64,000 nucleotides of DNA from positions 186,001 to 250,000 of IMG/VR virus record IMGVR_UViG_3300020473_000010; one strand, given 5' to 3'. Below the pieces are notes generated by a model that did not search any database, had not been told where the DNA came from, and saw only the letters and a program-made list of their open reading frames with translations. The position numbers and the translations under genes were made by a program. Shown piece after piece: positions 37,083 to 45,957 of this stretch (within the stretch, counting starts at the first letter, position 1; every line of letters begins with the position of its first letter).

Positions 37083-40000
37083 TTACCTCAATAAATCCCT
37101 ATAATAATAATTATCCCATTGTTGACCAGCTTCATCAATCCAGCCGCATGCTTGTTCAACTGCATCATATGGCAAACTTGATAAATCACATCGTTTTATT
37201 GCAGCATGCAAATTTACATTATACTGGTTTGATGGTTGTAATCTATATTCAAACCCATCAACAGGGTCGATATAGGGGAAAGCAACATTATTATTTCTGG
37301 TGATTTTTTCAAATGTATCCATGGCGTTTACTTTAATTATTTTAAAAGCTAATTGAGCATTAAAATTAGGGAAATAAACAGAATAAATATCTCTTTGTGG
37401 GTTTTTTATTGTTATTTTAGCGTCTGCCATAGTTACATTATTTAACCATTTTTGTGTCCATATTGCGGGGGAATATGTTTCCCCATTTGCAGAATAAGTA
37501 ATCCCTTCATCGGCTGGTCTTGCTAGAATCTGAGTTTTAGAACCATGACCTATTATTAAAGGGTATTTTCGAAAAGCATCAGGTTTATCAAGGGATACAT
37601 CTGAAAGATCTAGTACTAATTCTTGATCTGATCTTACATTATAAGATCTTGGGTAGCCATCCCATGTATATTTTAAATCGTTTCTTTCTGAGTTGTACCA
37701 AGAAGGACCGGCAGGATTATTCCAACTAAAATAATATGTTATTTTTGCAGTTTTCAATGTTGTTAATGCGGAAATCATTTCATTATCTAGTTGAACAATA
37801 GCCCCTGTATCACGATCAAGAAATTCTTGATTAGCAAATGTATCAGGCTCAATCCACTCAGCTTCATCAAGATATGCTTCGACTTCCGAGTATCCAGTTC
37901 TGATTTGTCTTGTTAGTCTGTGAGGGGTATTTATATAGGTTACAGAAGCCAAATCAAGTGCAGCTCCACCACTTAAGGCGCTTAAAGTTATTCCATTGGA
38001 AGATACGGCTTTTACCTTGTAAGAGGTACCATGAACCAACACGGTTGTTCCGGAACCGTTTTTAATAGCGCCGAGCCCTAGATTTTCATATAAAACGATA
38101 TCACCTATACCAATTTGGTCTTGGAAATCAGTACCAATCGGGTCTATTTCGTCGGTTGTAAAACTGATGTTTGCTCCTGTAAACGTGGAAGTAATAGGCG
38201 TAGTATCATGATAATTCCAATTTTGATGAATGCCAAAATCCCCCTCAGATCCCAATACATTAAAAGGAAGGTAAAGTGGGTGATCTAGAAATCTTGGAGA
38301 ATCTAAATCTCTTTCACTGATTGTAGTATAATTTCTTATAGGCCTTGGGACACCAAGAGGGTTTTTTGTAATTATTCCAGTATATGCTGATAAGGGGTGC
38401 TGTTGTTTTGGAGAAAACGTTATGTTTTGAGTAATAATATCCCTTACATAGGACATTGGCCCAGTTATTCCTTGCCAAGCTAAATTGTGATCATATGTTG
38501 GTGTATTATATAAATCAAACCATGGCTCATCCGGAATAGACATATAATGTTCTTGGGCTTCCATATATTCAACCGTTGAAAATCCCCCCTGGAATAATAC
38601 AATGTCAGGTTCTCCAAGAGAGGCGTCTCCGACCCTTGATCTTCTACCTCCTAAGTCTTCGTAGATTTCTTTTTCTTCTTTGTAGACTGTATCCTTTCTA
38701 TGAAGACTGTGAAACCCATAAGACCATTTTGTTGAATCGTTACGAAATCTTTTCTTAACAAAATTTGTTGCCGGGGCTGCTGACGGTCCATTGATGTCCG
38801 GAAAATGGACTTCTTGCTCAATTTGTTGAGGTATTTGCAAAACCCAACCGTCATTGACGGCGGTGGTGATATTCACCCGATGATCGTGGTAGGTACTCCA
38901 TGCCGAAAGACCAGCCCAGTCTGGGTATATTATTGCGGGATCAATTCCCGCATTTGAGGCTTTCATAATATCAGCAATTGGATTTGTATCTTTATACCAC
39001 TGCGATTCAAGAAACGGTTGGCAATAAGGGTATGTTCCGGCCATCCTTCCAATAACAAATTTATCGTGAAAATATTCCGGTATATCCGCCAATTCTGCTG
39101 AAGAGCGATCAACTATTAAGTTATCATTGTTTTGGGTTTGAAGAGACGGCTCTGATAAAATACTCTTAAGAGGTAGTAACCCAAGGGGTTGGTTTGCTAG
39201 GTCAGGGGCTCTGTCGACATAATCCTTCGAAGCAATGAGATAAAAATCTGTAGCTCCTTTTGGGTTATATACTGGGTGAAAGGGGAATTGTCGGTGCTTT
39301 GATTCCCAATTATTAATATCTGATTCATTAAAATAAACCATTTTTAATTGACCGCCAGAAGGATTTCCAGAAGATGCACCTCTTTTTACTATTATGCCGA
39401 CATAGGCTCCAGGATATAATTCATCACCCCATTTTGGAGTTGGGGATGCTGCTTTATCAATTGTGTCGTAATATGCATCAGAATTATAAGATCCACTTAA
39501 AATTTTCCTTTCTGATTGAAAATACCTCTGTTGATGAACAACATTTCCGGCTTGAGTTTCATATCGATTAGTCCTCCTAAAAGTATCATACGGTATATTT
39601 TTATGATTTTCGCCATTCTCGAAAGCGGCAGTGGGGGCGGAAACATCCGTAATGTTAGAAAGGGAGAATGTAGTGTTTCCTAATTTTCCTCCAACGTCTT
39701 GTACTAAATTAACTTTGGAAGAGGCGCTTGTAGCTGATATTTTTATTGGATTTGTAGATGTTATCGCATCTGCGAAACGAGAGGCAATATCAGCGACGGT
39801 GCTAGCACCAGATAATCCTATGATTGCAGATTTATTATATCCTTTCGAAAAATTTGTTGATGTTAGACCAGAAACACTTGAAGTATTTAGGGTAGTATTT
39901 CCGGAAATTCCATTAGTTCCTTGCGTAAGCTTGATTGTAGTAGTTGTTGGTGATTCTGAGGTTATGTTAATATAACCTTGAGCTTGAGCAGATTGAAGAG

Positions 40001-40532
40001 CGTTTAAAATTCTTTCTGTAATTGCGGGGTTTCCGGAAGCACCATCTAAACCGATAATAACTTTTGAACCATCCAGTTTTCCATCGACAGTATCAACGGC
40101 TGATTTAAATATAAATTCTTTTGATATGTTGTTACTATCAATAATTGTAAATGTTGAGTTATTTGCTGGGGTTCCTCCGCCGATAGTTAGGGTTGCGGTG
40201 GCCGGCTGTGTAACCATGGTACCATCTACAGTAGTAGAAGTTTTATCAACATGAAACATCTGAGACGTACGCTCAGAGTCTGTTAAGACAAAATACTCAT
40301 CTGTTGCTTGTGAGGTGCCGGTAATATTTAAGACTTGACGCCCTGGAATTGATATCGATTTTGATACCGCTGTGACTTCTTCATATTCTATATAAGAATC
40401 ATGTCTTCCAATTACGTACGGTGTTGCGGTTCGATCCATAAACGGGAGTGATGACTGGGTATATTGATCAATTCCTGGTTGGGTATCATTTAACCTTCCG
40501 TATCTCTCCTGTCTTGATGTGTCTTTTGACAT
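37083..40532 (-). CDS. Large virion protein (1149 aa) carrying nested inserted modules
   Basis: TAATG-coupled to the gpI-like gene; contains two homologous Thr/Ser-rich modules, one inside the other (see findings). Confidence 0.55.
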   Translation of the reverse strand: MSKDTSRQERYGRLNDTQPGIDQYTQSSLPFMDRTATPYVIGRHDSYIEYEEVTAVSKSISIPGRQVLNITGTSQATDEYFVLTDSERTSQMFHVDKTSTTVDGTMVTQPATATLTIGGGTPANNSTFTIIDSNNISKEFIFKSAVDTVDGKLDGSKVIIGLDGASGNPAITERILNALQSAQAQGYINITSESPTTTTIKLTQGTNGISGNTTLNTSSVSGLTSTNFSKGYNKSAIIGLSGASTVADIASRFADAITSTNPIKISATSASSKVNLVQDVGGKLGNTTFSLSNITDVSAPTAAFENGENHKNIPYDTFRRTNRYETQAGNVVHQQRYFQSERKILSGSYNSDAYYDTIDKAASPTPKWGDELYPGAYVGIIVKRGASSGNPSGGQLKMVYFNESDINNWESKHRQFPFHPVYNPKGATDFYLIASKDYVDRAPDLANQPLGLLPLKSILSEPSLQTQNNDNLIVDRSSAELADIPEYFHDKFVIGRMAGTYPYCQPFLESQWYKDTNPIADIMKASNAGIDPAIIYPDWAGLSAWSTYHDHRVNITTAVNDGWVLQIPQQIEQEVHFPDINGPSAAPATNFVKKRFRNDSTKWSYGFHSLHRKDTVYKEEKEIYEDLGGRRSRVGDASLGEPDIVLFQGGFSTVEYMEAQEHYMSIPDEPWFDLYNTPTYDHNLAWQGITGPMSYVRDIITQNITFSPKQQHPLSAYTGIITKNPLGVPRPIRNYTTISERDLDSPRFLDHPLYLPFNVLGSEGDFGIHQNWNYHDTTPITSTFTGANISFTTDEIDPIGTDFQDQIGIGDIVLYENLGLGAIKNGSGTTVLVHGTSYKVKAVSSNGITLSALSGGAALDLASVTYINTPHRLTRQIRTGYSEVEAYLDEAEWIEPDTFANQEFLDRDTGAIVQLDNEMISALTTLKTAKITYYFSWNNPAGPSWYNSERNDLKYTWDGYPRSYNVRSDQELVLDLSDVSLDKPDAFRKYPLIIGHGSKTQILARPADEGITYSANGETYSPAIWTQKWLNNVTMADAKITIKNPQRDIYSVYFPNFNAQLAFKIIKVNAMDTFEKITRNNNVAFPYIDPVDGFEYRLQPSNQYNVNLHAAIKRCDLSSLPYDAVEQACGWIDEAGQQWDNYYYRDLLR

Positions 40533-43500
40533 TATAATACCTCGTTAGTAATAGTGCCTATAATATCAAGAGGCGGTAATTCTGCCGCTCTTCTATCGTA
40601 TATATCGACATGTACATCACCTTGTTTGTATTCATATTTGTGACGCTCTAAGAAATGGGATTCAATAACAAAATTTACTCCAAAGAATTGAACCGTGTTT
40701 GGCATCATTCTATCAATTAATGGTCCAAAGTTTAAAGAAAACCATTTAAAAAAATCATATAGAGATTTATAATTTATCTTATCAGTTAATCGATTAAAAT
40801 ATTTTTCTCTTAAATGTTCTAATTTAGGATAATTTACCGCATATTCGAGCTCCGGGGCGCCTAAATATTCGTTAAAGAGACCTAGATCGCTTATTATGTT
40901 TACCATATCTTCGTTAACTCGCTGTACAGAAGACATTTCAATTGAAAATCTTCGATCATCAACCGCCGAAAGTTCTGATGGATTATATAATGGTGCTTGA
41001 GCTAAATTGTTTTTATGGGCTTTAATTGGGTCTAAATAAGAATTAACTCTGATTTTATTAGTTGTAATAAATTGATCAAAATCCGGATTAATGATACTAA
41101 AATAAAACGGCTTTGAACTAATTACTTCCTGTCCATGAACACCGGGTGTAGCACCGCCGGCGGTGGCGCTCAATAAATTTTGGGAAATATCATCAATAGT
41201 TAGTTTTCCGGAACTAGGATTTGAACCTGTAATTTCTTGATAAAATTCATATTGCCCGCGAAGGCGTTCCCATCCACCCTGAGGGACGGACCCTTCGTAT
41301 CTTGTCGACAAGTTTGCTATATTAAACTCTTGAGGTGTTATAAAATTATAATTTGTTATTGGATCGTCTGCCCCTACAGAATATGGGTTTATGGCATGTT
41401 CTCGTCGTTCTACATCGGTTAGGCTCTTTGTCCAAAACCTTACTGCAGACAATTGTCCATCATATTGCTTTACTGAAGCTGATATTGCAGTTAGGCTATT
41501 AAGGTGAGACGTTGTATCAACATCATCTTTTCTTACCAGAAATCCATCATCATAATTTCCTGGTGTTTCTTGCCCAACTATAAAATATGGGCCATTTGGA
41601 GTATATAAAGAACTAAAAGCGCCTAAAACATTATCGGTTGAGGTGGCATAATAATAACTTGCAGAATGTGAAGCAAAAATACCATCAACTGTAGGCCTTG
41701 AGAGATGTAAATTAATTTTTGAATAATCTTTTCCTAATTCGTGGTCGACATTAACATACCATCTTGAGCCATCCCATATATTAACTCCCGGGATGGTTAA
41801 TTGGGCTGATACATCCGCTATAGGCACCAGTGAAGCCACATCGAAAGTTAAGGGATCACCGCCGGCGTTACCAATTTGAGAATCAGGTACTGACCAAGAT
41901 GAGTTAATTTGATAGCCTTTACCTCCATTTGTTACAGAGACCGTAGCAACACCACTAGAATCAATTGTAATACTGCAAACAGCATCTGTTCCATTTGCTG
42001 CAGTTACTCCGGAGATGCCATCAGTTACGGTGTATGTACCAGCTGGCCATTTGGTACCGGTATTGGTACTAATTGTATCTACGGTTGCAATAGCTCCGTT
42101 TATTGAGACCGAAGACGATAAAAATAATTGGACTTTTTGATCTAGATCAGCAAACTGTTTATCTTTTCTGCATGCTACTAAGTTAACATAGATTTCTTTC
42201 TTTCCAACACTGTTTTCCGATTCAATCCTCATTAATGATTGAGACAAAATGTTAGATTCCGGATCTAAATTATAATGACCTTCATAAGACCAGGAACCAG
42301 ATGTGAATTGTGTGAGAGTTGGCGCATCTGCTGGTTGTACTATAACAATATCTCCAGCTTCAAGCAATATTTTACTAGCACCAGGACCAGATGCGTTATC
42401 TGGGGCCCCGGGGCAATGGCGATAGGCTTTTAAATTCGAAGATTTAAAATAGTTAATATTTTTAAAATTTAAAAATTTATAATTTGAAGATTTTTTAACA
42501 CGGGAATCAGTAAGAGTTAATGTTTTGGATCCACCATATTCCCTCATACGGAAACCAGTTTCTATATCTAGACCAACAGCATTCATCAAACTTTTTATTG
42601 ATTTAATTGTGCCTTTTGACCTGAGTAGATAAGGAAACTGGATTAATAATTGGGCCCATAACTGGGTAATTGTTTGTTTCAGGGTTGAGGTGGTTCTTCC
42701 TTTTTCGAATTTTAAATTTTTCGTGTCGTGATATTGCGCCGGAGAAGCATCAGAAAACGGGTTTGGCAATTCAAATCCGTAAAACCTAGCAAGAAAAGGC
42801 ATAAATTGCAGTGGTATCGAATCTTCTGAATCATAATTTGCCAATCTTAAAGTTTTAAAAGTGTCTAGATAAATTTTTAATTCATCAAAATAATTTGCCC
42901 ATATAAGAAGAAACATTGTCAAAACTTGAGCTTGCGGTATTTTTCCGCCGGATGGAAAATTTGTTTTTGTATTGTAAACTTTTGCAATATCCCCATCTTC
43001 TGTTTCAAACCCTTCAAAAAACTGAGATTCTAAAAAATAGTGTTTTGGAACTAGTTTCGTAATTAAATTTGGATTATTAATATCATAACGACTAGCTGAA
43101 ATTAATAAATTTTCGTTTAGTGATATTACATCCGGGTGGGATGGAAACAAAATTGGGCTCATATTTTCGTTTTCGTTGACAACTGGTACCGAATAAGATC
43201 CACTTAATCGACATGGGGAATAATTTCCAGATGTTGAATTAATTTGCCCATGCAAACCGTTTCCGCTATAATCTAAAGTAATATTAGCATTTGAATAAGA
43301 TCCGGTTGCTTCATTAAATTTAAAATATAGATTTAATTCATCCTGGGCTGTTACTCCGTCATCAGCTATTTCTCTTAATTCAATAGGTGTATGGGATTTG
43401 CTCCAAATCTTGAAGTCATCCATGGAGCCAGTTAGTGTATCTGCTGGGGACCAGGTTTGGATTGAACCTCCGGAATCGACATAGCGAGCTGGCTTACTAA

Positions 43501-44380
43501 TATCTCCATAACCAATAAGAGCTTTCTTGTTTTTAACAGGTAATTTTTCAAACTCTACTTGATTGCTTGAAGAAACAATATCCGTAGAATTTAAAATAAG
43601 ATACAATTTTTCTGTATCCGTTCTGTCATACTGTATTGCAATATGGTTAAAAACACCTCGAAGGATTTGTTTTTCTACAACCAGTGACTTAAGATCGCTA
43701 GCAGACCCTGAAGATATTATTGCTACCATCTTATAGCTTTTATCTGATGAAGCTGTTGCATCTACCCCAATTGTAACGCCAGAATACCCATCTGTGGAGA
43801 TATGCTGAAACAATACTTGACGCTGAGTGGTACCTATTCCTGAGTTGGGAAAAGCATAATGGAAATCTATCTGAAAATGTTTTTCACTTACATCTTTTAT
43901 GATAGATGCTTCGTATTTTGAATTGCGTGACAATGCTGGGAAAAGATAACCTGTTCTGTCGTCAAATGTAATATAATTTTTATCAGCAGAATGAAAAGTG
44001 AAATACCCTACTTGTTTTGGGAACTTAGATAAAATATAAGCATCAAACCCAGTTAAATTATCCATATAATCCCAAACTTCTGGGGCTTTGCCATCAAAAG
44101 GGAAGCTGTTAATGATTTTATCAAATGCTAAATTTACTTTTGCTTCTGCACTATTAAAAAAGCAGTGATTAGCAAAGTTGCTCCAATCAGTAAATATTTG
44201 CTGGGTAGATTTAAGCCCAGTACCTGGTTGATCAGTTCGCCAGCTACTTAGAGATTCAGAAGTCAGAGGCTGTAATTTTTTATCTAGAAAAGAATTTGTA
44301 ATACCCCTAAATGCTTTTCCGGCATATTGAATATCCTCCCATTCTGATGTTCCAAATAAATAATTCTTTTTTCTTGTCAT
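40532..44380 (-). CDS. Baseplate wedge protein, P2 gpI/T4 gp7-like, with LamG domain(s) (1282 aa)
   Basis: IPLQFMPFLARFYG...PYLLRSKGTIKSIKSL is a gpI-type L..LA...KGT motif. LamG-like NHIAIQY and GSMDDFKIW. Lies downstream of the gp25- and gp6-like genes. Confidence 0.7.
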   Translation of the reverse strand: MTRKKNYLFGTSEWEDIQYAGKAFRGITNSFLDKKLQPLTSESLSSWRTDQPGTGLKSTQQIFTDWSNFANHCFFNSAEAKVNLAFDKIINSFPFDGKAPEVWDYMDNLTGFDAYILSKFPKQVGYFTFHSADKNYITFDDRTGYLFPALSRNSKYEASIIKDVSEKHFQIDFHYAFPNSGIGTTQRQVLFQHISTDGYSGVTIGVDATASSDKSYKMVAIISSGSASDLKSLVVEKQILRGVFNHIAIQYDRTDTEKLYLILNSTDIVSSSNQVEFEKLPVKNKKALIGYGDISKPARYVDSGGSIQTWSPADTLTGSMDDFKIWSKSHTPIELREIADDGVTAQDELNLYFKFNEATGSYSNANITLDYSGNGLHGQINSTSGNYSPCRLSGSYSVPVVNENENMSPILFPSHPDVISLNENLLISASRYDINNPNLITKLVPKHYFLESQFFEGFETEDGDIAKVYNTKTNFPSGGKIPQAQVLTMFLLIWANYFDELKIYLDTFKTLRLANYDSEDSIPLQFMPFLARFYGFELPNPFSDASPAQYHDTKNLKFEKGRTTSTLKQTITQLWAQLLIQFPYLLRSKGTIKSIKSLMNAVGLDIETGFRMREYGGSKTLTLTDSRVKKSSNYKFLNFKNINYFKSSNLKAYRHCPGAPDNASGPGASKILLEAGDIVIVQPADAPTLTQFTSGSWSYEGHYNLDPESNILSQSLMRIESENSVGKKEIYVNLVACRKDKQFADLDQKVQLFLSSSVSINGAIATVDTISTNTGTKWPAGTYTVTDGISGVTAANGTDAVCSITIDSSGVATVSVTNGGKGYQINSSWSVPDSQIGNAGGDPLTFDVASLVPIADVSAQLTIPGVNIWDGSRWYVNVDHELGKDYSKINLHLSRPTVDGIFASHSASYYYATSTDNVLGAFSSLYTPNGPYFIVGQETPGNYDDGFLVRKDDVDTTSHLNSLTAISASVKQYDGQLSAVRFWTKSLTDVERREHAINPYSVGADDPITNYNFITPQEFNIANLSTRYEGSVPQGGWERLRGQYEFYQEITGSNPSSGKLTIDDISQNLLSATAGGATPGVHGQEVISSKPFYFSIINPDFDQFITTNKIRVNSYLDPIKAHKNNLAQAPLYNPSELSAVDDRRFSIEMSSVQRVNEDMVNIISDLGLFNEYLGAPELEYAVNYPKLEHLREKYFNRLTDKINYKSLYDFFKWFSLNFGPLIDRMMPNTVQFFGVNFVIESHFLERHKYEYKQGDVHVDIYDRRAAELPPLDIIGTITNEVL

Positions 44381-45945
44381 TTTACTCTAAACCTTGTATG
44401 TGTTTCATATAAGGAAGTAGCTCCCCGATCATTTACTAATATGTTAATTGTATAAGCTTTACCGGTAGGAAGAAGATTAATTGGTAAATCAAACCACATT
44501 CCATTGGAATCTGAATTGATTCGGGTTGCATTAGTAGTATCTGATTTTATAAAATCTACTAAGGTTTCATTATTATCTGCATCTTTTATTTGGTAGTATG
44601 CTTCTTTTAAAGATATAGATTCTAGTTTTATTGGAGTTCTAGAAGGTTCGTCTGCTAAATTTCTATCTCTGACAAAAACCCTTACTCTAGAAGAATTACC
44701 TATAGTGTATTCTGATTTTAAATCCAAAATAGAGAATCTAAGATCTCTTCGGCTTTTGGATGTTGATCTTTTCGGTGCAGATATAATAATATCTCTTTCT
44801 AAGTATGTATGGGATTTGTGGGTGGCGTCTTTCCATCTTTCAGTCATTGTAATTGACCCGCTAATTGCCAAATGCTGCTTAAGTGTCAAAGAGTGGGAGG
44901 TCGTTGTTTGATCAAATTGACTTAAGGCAAAGGATGAAGAATATATTCCGGTTTTGTATATTCCATTAATTAGGGCTTGGCCGGCGTCGAACGACGCTGT
45001 AAATGAACCGGTTGCCAATGTTAATTCAAGACATGATGGACCGGTCAAGCTTTCGAGGGCAGATGAATCTGCTGTTTTTGATCCGGATACTAAATTTGTT
45101 AATTGGTTATAATCATATGAATAAAAATATAGAGATCCAGAAGCCCCAAATTCCAATATGTTGTGGTAATCGATTATTGAATCGTCCCATTCAGCTCTAA
45201 TTCTTGGTTTTTTATATGGGTTTCTTGTGTGGCGAGAAGCGAACCGCTTTACAAATCTAGATTTAGAATCCCATTCTTCTGAACCAGAATACGCCAATAG
45301 AAACCCTTCGTCTGGAAGGAATCCACACATAGAAGCGCTAGCAAGAGTTGTTATATCTATTTTTAAATTTTCTCTTCCAGTTTTGAAGTATTGTTCTCCC
45401 GTAAGGTTAATCATAGCTGCGGAGGGGGAGGTTTGATTGGTTAAACTTCCGGAAGAGATAACATCAATATTTGTTGATCCAAGAGATCCAGAAAGTTTGG
45501 CTCCAGGTAGTGTCCATAAAGCATTTGCACCGCTTGAGTAAGAAGAAGTGACCCAATTAACTCTATCCAAATCATTAAAATAAACCACATCTGAACCTAA
45601 GCCTTCATCAAAACTTTTTGAAAGTGGATATACACATATAGTAAAATCTTCCGGGGCGACCTGTGTTCCTTGAACATCGAATAATTCTAGATAAATTTTA
45701 AGAGATGGATCATTAAATAAAACTTTATCTTTCATCGAAGCTGATAAATCCGAGAGTTCAAATTTAATTAATCCTCTAGATAGCTCAATTGGCTCATCTT
45801 CTCCTTCGATAGATGTTTCATTATACAACTTGAATAAATCAATCGTACTAGCTCGCCCAACGTTTGCATCTGTTGCCCGAGTTTTAGAGTCAATAATTTT
45901 ATTTGTAATATAAGCATCGCTGCTTGCTGTAATTTGTAAAATCAT
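44377..45945 (-). CDS. Baseplate-associated protein with a DNRLRE/disaggregatase-related-like domain (522 aa)
   Basis: DAYI...NVG...SRGLIKFELSDL...YPLSKSFDEG...NW...W..PG pattern. Confidence 0.55.
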   Translation of the reverse strand: MILQITASSDAYITNKIIDSKTRATDANVGRASTIDLFKLYNETSIEGEDEPIELSRGLIKFELSDLSASMKDKVLFNDPSLKIYLELFDVQGTQVAPEDFTICVYPLSKSFDEGLGSDVVYFNDLDRVNWVTSSYSSGANALWTLPGAKLSGSLGSTNIDVISSGSLTNQTSPSAAMINLTGEQYFKTGRENLKIDITTLASASMCGFLPDEGFLLAYSGSEEWDSKSRFVKRFASRHTRNPYKKPRIRAEWDDSIIDYHNILEFGASGSLYFYSYDYNQLTNLVSGSKTADSSALESLTGPSCLELTLATGSFTASFDAGQALINGIYKTGIYSSSFALSQFDQTTTSHSLTLKQHLAISGSITMTERWKDATHKSHTYLERDIIISAPKRSTSKSRRDLRFSILDLKSEYTIGNSSRVRVFVRDRNLADEPSRTPIKLESISLKEAYYQIKDADNNETLVDFIKSDTTNATRINSDSNGMWFDLPINLLPTGKAYTINILVNDRGATSLYETHTRFRVK

Positions 45946-45957
45946 ATTTGATGTCCT

